Of a stretch of DNA of 64,000 nt, positions 49,056-60,248 are shown one piece after another. Below the pieces are notes generated by a model. That model was not told the origin of the DNA. It worked only from the letters and a program-made list of their open reading frames with translations, and made no database searches. Where the stretch lies: IMG/VR virus record IMGVR_UViG_3300009184_000029, positions 124,001-188,000 of that record; one strand, given 5' to 3'. The position numbers and the translations under genes were made by a program. How positions within the stretch are numbered: position 1 is the first letter of the stretch; each line of letters opens with the position of its first letter.

Positions 49056-52000
49056 ATGGGTAAAAACTTTAGAATTAGGACAAAGGTTGGAGTAGATACG
49101 AGAGTTGAAGCCAAGTTAGAACAAGATTTTGATTTTTTAGAAATTCTTTCTTTAAAATTAACTCAGCAACAAGTTTACAATAGACCAACCTCAAACTATG
49201 GAGTTTTATGTGGTAGAGTTTACGCTAATAATGGTTTTGGTGTTCCTAACGCAAAAGTATCAGTTTTTATTCCTCTAACTGATGAGGATTCTAACAACCC
49301 TGTAATATCAAGAATATATCCTTATAGAAATTTAAATACTCAAAATGAAGATGGGTATCGGTATAATTTATTACCATATGTTGCATCATATACAGGACAC
49401 GTACCAACAGGAACATTTCCTGATAGAGAAGACATTTTAAAAGATAAATCTCTAAGTTATACCTATGAAAAATATTATAAATTCACCGCCAAAACAAATG
49501 ATGCGGGTGATTTTATGATATTTGGAGCACCTGTTGGGAATCACACAATTGTGATGGATGTTGACGTTTCTGACATTGGTCAGTTTTCATTAACACCCCA
49601 AGATTTATTAAGAATAGGTAGAGCAACTGAAGCTCAACTTGATGGTGCTAAATTTAAAGAATCAACAGATTTAGATTCTCTACCTCAAATAATCGGAATT
49701 AAAAAGACAATAGATATTAATCCATTTTGGGGTGACCCTGATTTGGCGACAATCGCGGTAACAAGAGTTGACTTTAATCTTTTAGAGGAGGCAAATATTG
49801 AATTTAAACCTACATGTGTATTCATGGGTTCATTAATTTCAGGTATTGATACTAAGGCAATTTCTAAAACGTGTAAAGTTAAAGTTAGAGCAGGTGATTT
49901 ATGTGAATTAATTACAGGTCCTGGACAAATTTTAGCGATTAGACAAACAGTTAATTTTGATAAATTAGGAAGACCCATATTAGAACAGTATAAGGTAGAA
50001 AATGACGGACAGGTAATTGATGAAAACGGTACTTGGATGATTGACCTACCAATGAATATGGATTACGTGTATACTGATGAAGAAGGTAAACAACAAATAA
50101 GTTATGACCCAAGTATTGGAATACCAACAAAAGGTAGATATAGATTTAAAATTAAATGGAATCAATCTGACAAGTCAACAGAACAATTAAAAAGAGGGTA
50201 TTTCTTAATTCCCAACGTTAAAGAATATGGATGGGATAAAGATAATTTGGGATTAAATCCGGCGAAAGATTTAAACCCTCCCGCAACTGTACCCCCAACA
50301 ATTAGTGCTGCGACAATAAGTACACCATCGGTAACTGGACCTCCTGTTATATCTTACCAAATTGACCAACCATTGGTTGATTTTGCTAATACTTCTTTTG
50401 GTAAATTTACAAGGTCATATTCATTTAGTTTAAGTTGGTTTGATTATGTAAATCCTCAGTCAGCAATTAATTGTGACGACACATTCTATGAGTTCCAATA
50501 TAATAAAGTTTATACTGTATCTCAGTTAATTGACAAATATAGAAGTGGAAAATTACCTGCAAGATTTTTAGGATTTAAAAATTGTTTAGATGATAAATGC
50601 GCCGGAAATACTGAAAAATTTCCAGTTAATGACGGACACTATAACATAACATTTTTATACGTATTACTTACCGCATTAATAACTTTAGCAAAACCAATTG
50701 TTTTAATTATTGTTTTAATATTTGCGATTTTAGCTTGGATTTACAGATTAATTTCTGAGTTTATTTGCGATAAAATAGTTCCGTTACTTAGAAATTTAGG
50801 AAGAACAAGAACTGTTGCCGGTTTTGATTTTGTTATTTGTCCTACGTGTAATGGTACTGCAGATGATTTAGAGAATAAATGGTGTGATAGACCAAACCCA
50901 TTTACAGATAAAAGATTTCCTTTGTTATTACAAGATGATGGTGATTGTTCATTTTGTGACTGTAAAGATAGTGGAGAATCTTTGGCGGGAAATGTATATG
51001 GAGCGGTTAACTCTAGTTGTTTGGCAGACCTTTCATCAACATCTAAATGGTTATATGATGTTAGTATAAGTACAGAATTACAGTCACCACCTCAAATAAA
51101 TTTATTGGCGGGATTTACGTCTCCATTTTTTAATTTCGCAACAAGAATGCCAACCACATGTGTATATCCTCAAACATATTCGTATGGTTCATTAGCATTT
51201 GATTATGGGTCTGTGTTTTTAACTGAGCAAGGTGTTGGACCCGCAGTCTTTTCACCGTCATTAACAATTTCTGAAAGATTAAATTTATTTAATACTAAGG
51301 CTAAGTATTTCAATAATGGTGGATTAGATATAGATACATTTACATTACCGGCAAGTCATGGTTCAAGTTTAATTAGTACTGAATTAAGCCAAATGAATGT
51401 TAACAAAGGAGGATGGAATAGAATTAAACTTACAATTTCTTCCGAAGATGCGATTCAAGACCAAACAGATTGGCTAGCAGCTCAAAAACTACCATTACCT
51501 GGAGGGGCATACCCAAGTGACGGTTCTTATCACTTGGATAATGTAATGATTTTACTTGTTGATGAGAACTGTAAATTGGGTACTACAAGAGCTGGTACTT
51601 TAGTTACTTTTAATAATCCTACGTTATCATCCGACGTTAATTTAACAGGATTTACAACAACTTCCCAAGGACAAGGAGGTCAAACAATATTTACTCCAAC
51701 GTTTAATCCATATGGTGGAAGACAAATAACGGGAACTCCAATACATAAATCAGCTCAAACTTCAACAACTGCGGGTAAAAATTTGGATGTTTGGTATGCT
51801 GACCCAAGTGATGCTAATGTTGAGCCAGTAATTTTTAATCCTAATCTAATTGTAAAATGGAACCTTATAACTGACCCGTATGTACAAAGTTTAAAAAATA
51901 TTATAGATGCTAACCAAACAATTTATGGTGGGCCATTTAATATTAACAATATAAGGGGTGATGCTCCAGGGTCCACATATACAGATGAACTTACATTCCC

Positions 52001-55000
52001 ATATGTAGGTAATAAAGCTTCATACACTATAAATTATGATGTTGATTTAATACCTCCGTATTACAAATATCCTGCAGATATTGAGTATTTCCAAGTAATT
52101 GAGAATTATAGTATTGATTCGTTAGTTAATAAATGGGCTCCTGATAGTCCGTCTAATGCACTTTCTTTAAAAAGGAGATATTTGTATAATCAAATGCAAG
52201 TTATTAGATGGAGAAAATTTAAATATTTTTTAAGTAGCGTAAACAATACTGCTCCAGGAACAACAAGTCCTAATTTAGTTAACACACCTATTGGTACTAA
52301 TAATACTTCTTTATATTTACAACCTATTGTATATACAAATCAATTAAAACCACATGAGTTATTTCAAAATTTTGGTAAATTAAGGGTGGTAATTTTACAA
52401 AGAGGTGTTGACCCGTATTCACCAAAGTTTAAAATGAAAATAGATTTATCTAGACTTTTAGGTTTTACGGATTTTAAAACTGGATTTTCAGTTGATTCGG
52501 ATGGTAGAGTGATTCAAAATTATTATAGGTTAAATCAACCAATACAAGGTTCAAGCAGAAGTCAAAGTCATTATTACTATCTTGGTAAAAAAACGTATGA
52601 CTTTCAAGGATATATGCAAATAGATGATGATTCATTTCCATTAACGGAGTATGGTAGATTATTTTTTAAATCAAAATTTTTTAAACCTAGTCCAACTCAA
52701 TTTACATCATTTAGTTCTAACATATTACAAAAATACTCTGCTTTAGGTGATAGAAAAATTAATTACCCAAGTTCGTCTCAGAGACCATTTAAAAATTTTA
52801 CATCTTATTTTAAATGGTTTACATTTTGTGCTAATGCATCTTTTAGTAATAATCTGTATTACGGAACTTCGGGGACTAATACTATACCTGCTAGTACGAC
52901 TCCTTTATTTGCAAATGGGGGACAATCACCAATAACAACAACAACAAATCCCATATCATCCCAATACACCCAAACTTTGGGTTCTACTCCAAGATTATTA
53001 CTATACAGATGTAATAATGACCCATCTATATCTACAACTAATATTGCTCCTGGTATAAATCCAAATTATCTTAATTTTACTCAAGGACCAGTTCCTGACG
53101 GGAACAATACCTATAATCAATTTTATTTTACACCTATACCTGCAAATTCTGCAAACGCTTCTGCTAATGGAGATGTTCTTGTTTTAAGTAATAATTCGTC
53201 TTTAGCACAAGATGGAATCACTTCAAGTTATAGTATACAAACAACATTACAAAATAGAGTTATTTATGATGGTATTGGTGTAAAAGCGCATTATAATAAT
53301 TTGTTTACACAAAGGTGGAAAAAGACATCTTCAACTAACAGTAATTCTTTTTGGTCTGCGTTTATTGGGGTTAATAAATACGTAAATAATCAAGCTTGGG
53401 GACCTGGATGGACAGTTAATAACGGTAGTAGTGATAGTCAAGTTATTAATACTTTAGAAGAATATCCGGGGTATACAGGGTATTTCCCATATGAAGATAT
53501 TGGAGGAGGTTCGTATATGTGGGCAGAATTAAATTTTGACACTAATAGTGGACAAGCATTAAGTGACCCTGATTTAGGATATAAGTATTTAACTCAACTT
53601 TATTATGTGCCAAGATATGATACTGGATTAACAGTCACTTACGAGAAATTAACAGGAGCAATAATACCAACAACCAACGCAGCACTTAATGGTTCAACGG
53701 CATCTAATGATTGGCCGAATCAATCAGAGGGTGACATATTTAATATCTTTAGAAGTGATAGATTACCTACATCTGATAATACAGATACTGAGGGTAAAAA
53801 TTCATTTGTTTTGTATCAGAATAATTTGTTTGCGGTTTACATCATCGACACAACCCAAACAGGTGTTACTGTTAGTTTCTCACAATCTGCTCAGAATAAT
53901 TCAGGATTGGCTCTTGAAAATGAACCAGTGAGTGCTGACGGAGTTGGAGAATTCCCATTACAAAATGTTTTGAATACCATTAGTGACTGTACATTATCCA
54001 AAAACTTGGGATGTTATTCAGTAAATACAAATGGAGATGTTACAGTCAGTAGTTTACCCGGATGTTCACAAGTACCAAAAGATTCGCAAAATGACTCAGT
54101 CAAAGTTAGTTTTTTTGAAAATGGATGTTATATCTTGGTAAGAACTGATTTTAATTTTATATATTCGTTTCAGTCTGACGCTAAGATAGTGCAAGAATTA
54201 TTTTTAAGGATTAAATACAATCTTGCAATTTGTTTAAATGTTATCTCACATAATTTTAATAATGAGTGGATTAATGGTACACTATTAGCATTTCCATTTA
54301 AACAAGTTACAATTTTTGGTGGTAATAATCAGGTATCGCAAAAAAATTTCTGTAAAGAAACTATGATGTTTAATTATCAGAGTAATAATTTCTATTATAG
54401 AAGTAGTCCATATGCTTTAGGTAGTGACAGGTATACTCTTAACACTGACGGAACAGTTTCAAATACAAGTGAAGCTGGAACTAATGCAGGTCAATTTGTC
54501 GGACAGAGAAAAAATTATAGAAATACGGGTAATATATTTGGAGCGACTAATGCGTCATTAGGTAATAATAGACAACTTTTATTCCCAACTACTATATTAG
54601 ACATGGGTCCTGTTAATCCTAATATACAAGAGTATGTTTATTCTGATGATTATGATGGGTACATGTTAAATAATCTGAACTCAACAACCTTTCAAAGTAC
54701 TAGTGATATTATAAACTTTTTCACTTTAACCCGATTATTGAGACAAGGACTATCATTAAATAGATTTACAAATCAAGACGGGGCATTTGTTCCTGATGTT
54801 GTAATTGATTCTTTATTTGATGCTAGAGGGTCTGAAAAGGCGGTTGACGGAGATTTTGCACAATCTATTGCAATAAACTCACAATTAGGTATTATTAATT
54901 TTACCCCTGAAAATTATACATCGGACACTGTTAAAGTATTCACAAGAAGTACTGGAACAGGTAACGATACAATATACTCTCCTACTTTTGGAATTTTCTT

Positions 55001-55583
55001 CTCAGGTAGTACATCTCAAAGAGATTTAGTTTCACCTAGAAGAATAATATATATTGAAAATTCAAATATACCTTTAAATACTGATTATTATTTAAATATA
55101 TTAACCAAGTCACAAGAAGTTCCTTTTTATCATTGGAATTTGGATGATAAAAATTATAGGCCTGGTTCTTACGCTTCACCTTCTACTGCTGGTCCAAATA
55201 TATTTGGTTCTGAATCTAATAATTGGTTAACAGGACCTGATTCTGATAGTGTTGCTATTACTACTCCTTTTAACCAAAACAATCAAACATTGTCAAATAA
55301 TAATAAATTTTTCAAATACAAATATCAAAAAGTAGATAGATTAGACTCTGTTTCAGACACATTCCAAAATTATAATACATCACAAACACGTCTGACCGGA
55401 TGGATATGGGATTATGATGCAACTATAAATAAATTAAATTATCAAATCACATCAACTAAAGGTTCTAAACATCCAAGAATTATGAATGGGGCTCCTTATT
55501 ATTTTTATTTTGGATTAATAAAAGGTGCAACTGCTTGGGATAGATTTGTTAGAAGATGGATAAATACTACTGAAGAATTATAA
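49056..55583 (+). CDS. Giant structural protein with Ig/prealbumin-like N-terminus, hydrophobic segment and Cys clusters
   Basis: 2175 aa; GRVYANNGFGVPNAKVSV and KTNDAGDFMIFGAPVG carboxypeptidase-regulatory-like pattern; ~35-aa hydrophobic stretch. Confidence 0.5.
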   Translation: MGKNFRIRTKVGVDTRVEAKLEQDFDFLEILSLKLTQQQVYNRPTSNYGVLCGRVYANNGFGVPNAKVSVFIPLTDEDSNNPVISRIYPYRNLNTQNEDGYRYNLLPYVASYTGHVPTGTFPDREDILKDKSLSYTYEKYYKFTAKTNDAGDFMIFGAPVGNHTIVMDVDVSDIGQFSLTPQDLLRIGRATEAQLDGAKFKESTDLDSLPQIIGIKKTIDINPFWGDPDLATIAVTRVDFNLLEEANIEFKPTCVFMGSLISGIDTKAISKTCKVKVRAGDLCELITGPGQILAIRQTVNFDKLGRPILEQYKVENDGQVIDENGTWMIDLPMNMDYVYTDEEGKQQISYDPSIGIPTKGRYRFKIKWNQSDKSTEQLKRGYFLIPNVKEYGWDKDNLGLNPAKDLNPPATVPPTISAATISTPSVTGPPVISYQIDQPLVDFANTSFGKFTRSYSFSLSWFDYVNPQSAINCDDTFYEFQYNKVYTVSQLIDKYRSGKLPARFLGFKNCLDDKCAGNTEKFPVNDGHYNITFLYVLLTALITLAKPIVLIIVLIFAILAWIYRLISEFICDKIVPLLRNLGRTRTVAGFDFVICPTCNGTADDLENKWCDRPNPFTDKRFPLLLQDDGDCSFCDCKDSGESLAGNVYGAVNSSCLADLSSTSKWLYDVSISTELQSPPQINLLAGFTSPFFNFATRMPTTCVYPQTYSYGSLAFDYGSVFLTEQGVGPAVFSPSLTISERLNLFNTKAKYFNNGGLDIDTFTLPASHGSSLISTELSQMNVNKGGWNRIKLTISSEDAIQDQTDWLAAQKLPLPGGAYPSDGSYHLDNVMILLVDENCKLGTTRAGTLVTFNNPTLSSDVNLTGFTTTSQGQGGQTIFTPTFNPYGGRQITGTPIHKSAQTSTTAGKNLDVWYADPSDANVEPVIFNPNLIVKWNLITDPYVQSLKNIIDANQTIYGGPFNINNIRGDAPGSTYTDELTFPYVGNKASYTINYDVDLIPPYYKYPADIEYFQVIENYSIDSLVNKWAPDSPSNALSLKRRYLYNQMQVIRWRKFKYFLSSVNNTAPGTTSPNLVNTPIGTNNTSLYLQPIVYTNQLKPHELFQNFGKLRVVILQRGVDPYSPKFKMKIDLSRLLGFTDFKTGFSVDSDGRVIQNYYRLNQPIQGSSRSQSHYYYLGKKTYDFQGYMQIDDDSFPLTEYGRLFFKSKFFKPSPTQFTSFSSNILQKYSALGDRKINYPSSSQRPFKNFTSYFKWFTFCANASFSNNLYYGTSGTNTIPASTTPLFANGGQSPITTTTNPISSQYTQTLGSTPRLLLYRCNNDPSISTTNIAPGINPNYLNFTQGPVPDGNNTYNQFYFTPIPANSANASANGDVLVLSNNSSLAQDGITSSYSIQTTLQNRVIYDGIGVKAHYNNLFTQRWKKTSSTNSNSFWSAFIGVNKYVNNQAWGPGWTVNNGSSDSQVINTLEEYPGYTGYFPYEDIGGGSYMWAELNFDTNSGQALSDPDLGYKYLTQLYYVPRYDTGLTVTYEKLTGAIIPTTNAALNGSTASNDWPNQSEGDIFNIFRSDRLPTSDNTDTEGKNSFVLYQNNLFAVYIIDTTQTGVTVSFSQSAQNNSGLALENEPVSADGVGEFPLQNVLNTISDCTLSKNLGCYSVNTNGDVTVSSLPGCSQVPKDSQNDSVKVSFFENGCYILVRTDFNFIYSFQSDAKIVQELFLRIKYNLAICLNVISHNFNNEWINGTLLAFPFKQVTIFGGNNQVSQKNFCKETMMFNYQSNNFYYRSSPYALGSDRYTLNTDGTVSNTSEAGTNAGQFVGQRKNYRNTGNIFGATNASLGNNRQLLFPTTILDMGPVNPNIQEYVYSDDYDGYMLNNLNSTTFQSTSDIINFFTLTRLLRQGLSLNRFTNQDGAFVPDVVIDSLFDARGSEKAVDGDFAQSIAINSQLGIINFTPENYTSDTVKVFTRSTGTGNDTIYSPTFGIFFSGSTSQRDLVSPRRIIYIENSNIPLNTDYYLNILTKSQEVPFYHWNLDDKNYRPGSYASPSTAGPNIFGSESNNWLTGPDSDSVAITTPFNQNNQTLSNNNKFFKYKYQKVDRLDSVSDTFQNYNTSQTRLTGWIWDYDATINKLNYQITSTKGSKHPRIMNGAPYYFYFGLIKGATAWDRFVRRWINTTEEL

Positions 55584-57379
55584 TGAATAGTGGACAAGAA
55601 AATACAATAGTTTTAGGTTCTTTAAGATATAAAGGGGCCGTTAATACTAACTTGTTTATTCAAGAAGTTTTAGTCGGTAAACAAAAAGAAATTATAGATT
55701 CTGAAAGAAGTATAACGGTTAATTTACCAAAATTATATCAAGACGAAAGACAAAAATCTAACATCTTTAGGCCATCGGCTAAGTTTGATTTAATTTTAAA
55801 AAATTCATATGTTGGTAAAACAGATTATAGAAGATTTCAAAATCAATTGTATTATACTAACGCTTTAAATGATAAGATTGCGGATGTTAATAACGGTTCT
55901 ACATATTTGGCGTGGCAAGGATTTCCACAATATAATGAATTTGATTTTATTAGAAATGACAATGATTTACCTTCATGGACTCTATCTGGAGGGGCACATT
56001 TAATTACATCACAAAAAGATGTTACTGAAAGGAATTGGTATTTTTATATGTCATATGTTTATAAAGGAGACCCAGATGTACCGATGAGATTTTATGAAGG
56101 TACGTCAACATCACCATCAATTAGTTGGATGGCAAATCAAGGAGTACCATTTAAAACGGGAAGAAATCAAATTGATGGGAAAAATTTAGTAACATTTAAA
56201 TGTATTACTAATCACGGATTAAGTGTTGGTGAAAGTGTAAATTTATTAATTAATAATAGTGCGTCAACTGTAACAGTTTATAGTTTAGGAGATGGTTCTT
56301 TTGGCTCTGATGAATTTATTTTTAACTTATATAATGTTTGGTCAGACAGTTTAACGCCATATCCTCCTAATTTATGGGGTACTGCTAAAAGAGTTTTGAG
56401 ACTTGATGCAAGTGGTAATAGTATATCGGAATACGTGTCTAAATATTATGTTAGAGTACATAAAATTATTACAAAAAATTCAGATAAAGTATTAACAAAG
56501 GCTGGTTTTAATCAGAATGCTTATAGGACGACAACTAAATATGAGTCATCGGCTTTAACACCTAATTTAGTATCTAGAATATCAGTTAAAGAAGGTAGTC
56601 AAGAATATAATTTATCATTTAATACTGATATTAATGTTACAAATTTAATTGACAACCAAAAAAGACCTGTATCTGAAATTTTTTATACTATAATAAATAA
56701 AGGTCAGTTTGGGTGGTTTAATAGACCTGTTGTAATTCAACAAGGTATATTACCTAAAGGTCTATTAACAGGATGGGAATTTAATATGAGTACCTCAAAT
56801 AGTGGTAATTCTTGGTGGAACACTTCAACACAACCATTAAATACTGATAATATACCACTGTTAAGTTATACTAGAACCTCAGGGGTTACTAAAACTTTTT
56901 ACTATAACAATGAACCGAAAAATGGAGAAATTTACGGAGATTTATGTGAGTGGAACGACTTAGAACAAATTGAAAAAGTAGTATCAAAAAGAATACATAA
57001 ATTAAAATTTAATCAAGATATTTTTGTTACTGATACAAATACAAATAATAGTGGTGGTTATTATTATTATCCTTTTTATAGCCAAAAAATTAGACAATTC
57101 TCTAATTATTTAGAAGAAGGTGACCCGGTATTAACTACAAATATACCTGATTACGCATATTACTCAACTAATAATAATTTGTTCTATTGGAGAGATATAT
57201 ACGACTATGGTATTTTTGATTCTGATAATCAAGGAATAAATTTTCCATATTCAAATGACGGACATTATCCGTATTCAAATTACGTATTTAAAATAATACC
57301 AGAAGGTTCTAATTTTGCGGATGCTAATTCTAACCAAGATAATTTAGTTCAATTACCTTTATCAGATGCCTGTGAATAA
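55583..57379 (+). CDS. Hypothetical structural protein
   Basis: 598 aa, translationally coupled within baseplate operon. Confidence 0.55.
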   Translation: MNSGQENTIVLGSLRYKGAVNTNLFIQEVLVGKQKEIIDSERSITVNLPKLYQDERQKSNIFRPSAKFDLILKNSYVGKTDYRRFQNQLYYTNALNDKIADVNNGSTYLAWQGFPQYNEFDFIRNDNDLPSWTLSGGAHLITSQKDVTERNWYFYMSYVYKGDPDVPMRFYEGTSTSPSISWMANQGVPFKTGRNQIDGKNLVTFKCITNHGLSVGESVNLLINNSASTVTVYSLGDGSFGSDEFIFNLYNVWSDSLTPYPPNLWGTAKRVLRLDASGNSISEYVSKYYVRVHKIITKNSDKVLTKAGFNQNAYRTTTKYESSALTPNLVSRISVKEGSQEYNLSFNTDINVTNLIDNQKRPVSEIFYTIINKGQFGWFNRPVVIQQGILPKGLLTGWEFNMSTSNSGNSWWNTSTQPLNTDNIPLLSYTRTSGVTKTFYYNNEPKNGEIYGDLCEWNDLEQIEKVVSKRIHKLKFNQDIFVTDTNTNNSGGYYYYPFYSQKIRQFSNYLEEGDPVLTTNIPDYAYYSTNNNLFYWRDIYDYGIFDSDNQGINFPYSNDGHYPYSNYVFKIIPEGSNFADANSNQDNLVQLPLSDACE

Positions 57380-58247
57380 ATTTAAAATAGTTCCTGACGG
57401 TACGAATAAAAATCTAAATGTTAAATTATATTCTGAATGGGATTTGGAAGATAGGGACGACGCTATTGATGAATATAAAAATACTGTTGTAGAAGAAGTT
57501 GTTGGTAAACCAGTTGACTATGAAATAGGTAGATTTGAATTTAAATTTGGAAATATTGAGTATAAATTTTATTTTAATAATAAAAATTTAAAAAACGCGA
57601 CATTTGCGGGTACTAGTTATACTGCGTATCCTAACTATGTTGATATAAATGACCAACCTACTTCAGTTTTCACTGTACCTGAAATATATTACCAAGGAAC
57701 TGCATTTAAAAATTCGTTTTTCAAGTTGGATTTTTATGATAGTAGTGACCCCGGTACCCAAACAATACAATTCACAATAATAATTCCAACACATCAAGGA
57801 GAGGTACAAACTGTTACGTATGAATATAGAAACTATATAATCAAACGACCATGGTTTAAATTAAATAAATTAACAGATAAAGAAGGGTATTATTTATATT
57901 GGTTGAAAAAAAAGAATGTATTTAATATAGATACTTTTTATATGAGTGCTAAGTTTTTTGATGCTAAAACAGGTAAATTTTTAACTTTTTTAACATCTAA
58001 ACAATTATCATTAGGTAACTCAACACCCAATAAATTTACTTTCACAAATAATCTAAACAAATTTTCATATTATAAAGTTAAATTAGATTATAATGATTTC
58101 AGTTATTTAGTTGGTGGACTATACGAAACATTTACAAATATACCATCATCATCAACAACCGACGGTGTTATTACTTATAATAATACTAATGCTAATTTAT
58201 TTGGCACTTCTAATAATCCTGTTGTATGGTACGAATATTTAGACTAA
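57366..58247 (+). CDS. Hypothetical structural protein
   Basis: 293 aa, overlaps previous stop. Confidence 0.55.
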   Translation: MPVNKFKIVPDGTNKNLNVKLYSEWDLEDRDDAIDEYKNTVVEEVVGKPVDYEIGRFEFKFGNIEYKFYFNNKNLKNATFAGTSYTAYPNYVDINDQPTSVFTVPEIYYQGTAFKNSFFKLDFYDSSDPGTQTIQFTIIIPTHQGEVQTVTYEYRNYIIKRPWFKLNKLTDKEGYYLYWLKKKNVFNIDTFYMSAKFFDAKTGKFLTFLTSKQLSLGNSTPNKFTFTNNLNKFSYYKVKLDYNDFSYLVGGLYETFTNIPSSSTTDGVITYNNTNANLFGTSNNPVVWYEYLD

Positions 58248-58248
58248 C

Positions 58249-59340
58249 ATGGAAGTAAACGATAAATATATAAAAATTTCACCTGAGGTTATTAGTGGTG
58301 ACATATTCCCACAAACCTATGATGGTAAAACATTTGGGATATATTCGAGTATGACTATGGTATTAAGCGCGGGAACTAATGGGTCATCATTATTAACTGG
58401 GCTTACAATACCAATAGTTTTGGAACAATCAGTACATAACATTGGTTATTATGACGTTTTTGATGGGGAGGTATTACAAAAAGATACTGTGAGTAATTTT
58501 ATTTTTACAACAGGGTCAACTACAAATCCGTATGTAATATATGTTTATAACACTTCAGATATAACTACTAAAAAATATTTAGAATTATCAACCTACGAAA
58601 TAAATTGGGGGGATAGTACTATGTATTATCCTTACAACGCATTTAATTCTGCTCACACTTATTCTATATCATCTGCTTATACAATAACATTAAGACAAAC
58701 TAATCCATGGGGAGTTATTAACGTAGTAAAAAACATTAAAATCCCATATGACCAAACTCCCGACGATTCAAATCCAAACGGAACTGCCACTTTTACACCA
58801 TCAGGTGGGTCATGGATTGGTACCCCGATAAGTTATGACTATATTTTTCCCTTTGATTCTAATATTAATAAATCATATCAGGTAACAAGTAATTTCCCTC
58901 AGTTTTATCAAAATTTACCATTCGCCGTAACCTCTTTTACTAAGTCTGAATTAACGACATTAGAAAAATATACATCACCTCAATACATAGTTAACTACGA
59001 AGTATATTTAAACCAACAATATGTCGGTAAAATAACTTCTAGTTCACAGACCCAAATTAATTATACGATTTACGATATTGACTATATAGATTTTTCTGAC
59101 GGGACTTCAGTTAGGGTTGCGTATTCATCAGGTGTTACTCCTAATAATATCACACAAAGTGCAATAACAAAAAATGAGGTATTAATGAATATGGTTGAGC
59201 AGCCACAAATACAATCAAATGTATTTATAGAAAGAGGTAAGAGTTCAGGACTTGAATCTTTAAGAAGGATTGGTGAAGTTGATAGTATTAGGGATTTGGA
59301 GAGATATGGATATAAATATTTTAATATAATTGAGAACTAA
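58249..59340 (+). CDS. Structural protein with PKD-like domain
   Basis: INWGD...HTYS...YTITL PKD-like pattern. Confidence 0.5.
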   Translation: MEVNDKYIKISPEVISGDIFPQTYDGKTFGIYSSMTMVLSAGTNGSSLLTGLTIPIVLEQSVHNIGYYDVFDGEVLQKDTVSNFIFTTGSTTNPYVIYVYNTSDITTKKYLELSTYEINWGDSTMYYPYNAFNSAHTYSISSAYTITLRQTNPWGVINVVKNIKIPYDQTPDDSNPNGTATFTPSGGSWIGTPISYDYIFPFDSNINKSYQVTSNFPQFYQNLPFAVTSFTKSELTTLEKYTSPQYIVNYEVYLNQQYVGKITSSSQTQINYTIYDIDYIDFSDGTSVRVAYSSGVTPNNITQSAITKNEVLMNMVEQPQIQSNVFIERGKSSGLESLRRIGEVDSIRDLERYGYKYFNIIEN

Positions 59341-59342
59341 AT

Positions 59343-60248
59343 ATGGCATTAGGTACATACGGAACATTAAGACCAGCTGACGTTTCACCGGCGGATGTTG
59401 ACATACTACTAAATTACACTCCATCGAGAGATGTGACTGAAAATTTTATTTTAAAAAAATTAAATTCACAATCTATATTAAAACCATATTTTCATAATCA
59501 AAATACTGGTGGTAATAATAATGTTGAATTATTGGGAGGGTTATATAACCTAACTTTACCTGCTACTGAGTTTAATCAACTTGGAATATATACTTTATAT
59601 ATTAGACCTGCGGAAATTAGAACATCAATCACAGATTGTGGAGTTTTATCTGCGTTACCAAATGTAAGAGGATTAGTTATTGATTTAAATAATGTCCCTG
59701 ACCAGTTTAGAAATAAATTCACCTCTCAAGGTTTAGTTGGGTTTAGAGTTGAATATTTAAATTCTGATGGAACAAAAGTACCAAACTTTTTTAGAGTTGT
59801 TACTTCTTCATTTTATTGTGAGGCAGTAACTTCCAATCAATCAAATACTGCGCAAAAGGCGGTTAGATATAGATACGTTAATGGTCAATCTAATTTAATG
59901 TTTTTAACATTAACACCATCATCATCACCAACTAATAATCCTGCATCGGTACCTTTCATAGGACAACCTGGACAAAATATTATAATTACTAATACATATT
60001 TTAATCCTACAACTATTGAAGTTGAGATGGTTGAACATGACGCATCCACATTGGCTATTGCTCTTTATGGTAATCAAACAAAATCGATGGATGATGGTAT
60101 CTACACAATTTATGACAATAATAATAACATCTATAGACAATATAACTTGTATGAAATACGTGACCAATTTAATGAGTTACTTTATGAGGTTAGACAAGAA
60201 CGTACAAATATTGACTTTAGTAAAAACTTTGGAACAATAATCGCTTAA
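59343..60248 (+). CDS. Hypothetical structural protein
   Basis: 301 aa in the same operon. Confidence 0.55.
   Translation: MALGTYGTLRPADVSPADVDILLNYTPSRDVTENFILKKLNSQSILKPYFHNQNTGGNNNVELLGGLYNLTLPATEFNQLGIYTLYIRPAEIRTSITDCGVLSALPNVRGLVIDLNNVPDQFRNKFTSQGLVGFRVEYLNSDGTKVPNFFRVVTSSFYCEAVTSNQSNTAQKAVRYRYVNGQSNLMFLTLTPSSSPTNNPASVPFIGQPGQNIIITNTYFNPTTIEVEMVEHDASTLAIALYGNQTKSMDDGIYTIYDNNNNIYRQYNLYEIRDQFNELLYEVRQERTNIDFSKNFGTIIA

Noticed and set aside
1073-60240. Numerous 60-100 aa antisense or off-frame ORFs in the track (e.g. 1073-1276, 11931-12236, 20066-20566, 31853-33136, 37738-37965, 39356-39687, 49685-53931)
   Set aside because: Fully nested in long well-supported genes, no recognisable motifs; shadow ORFs
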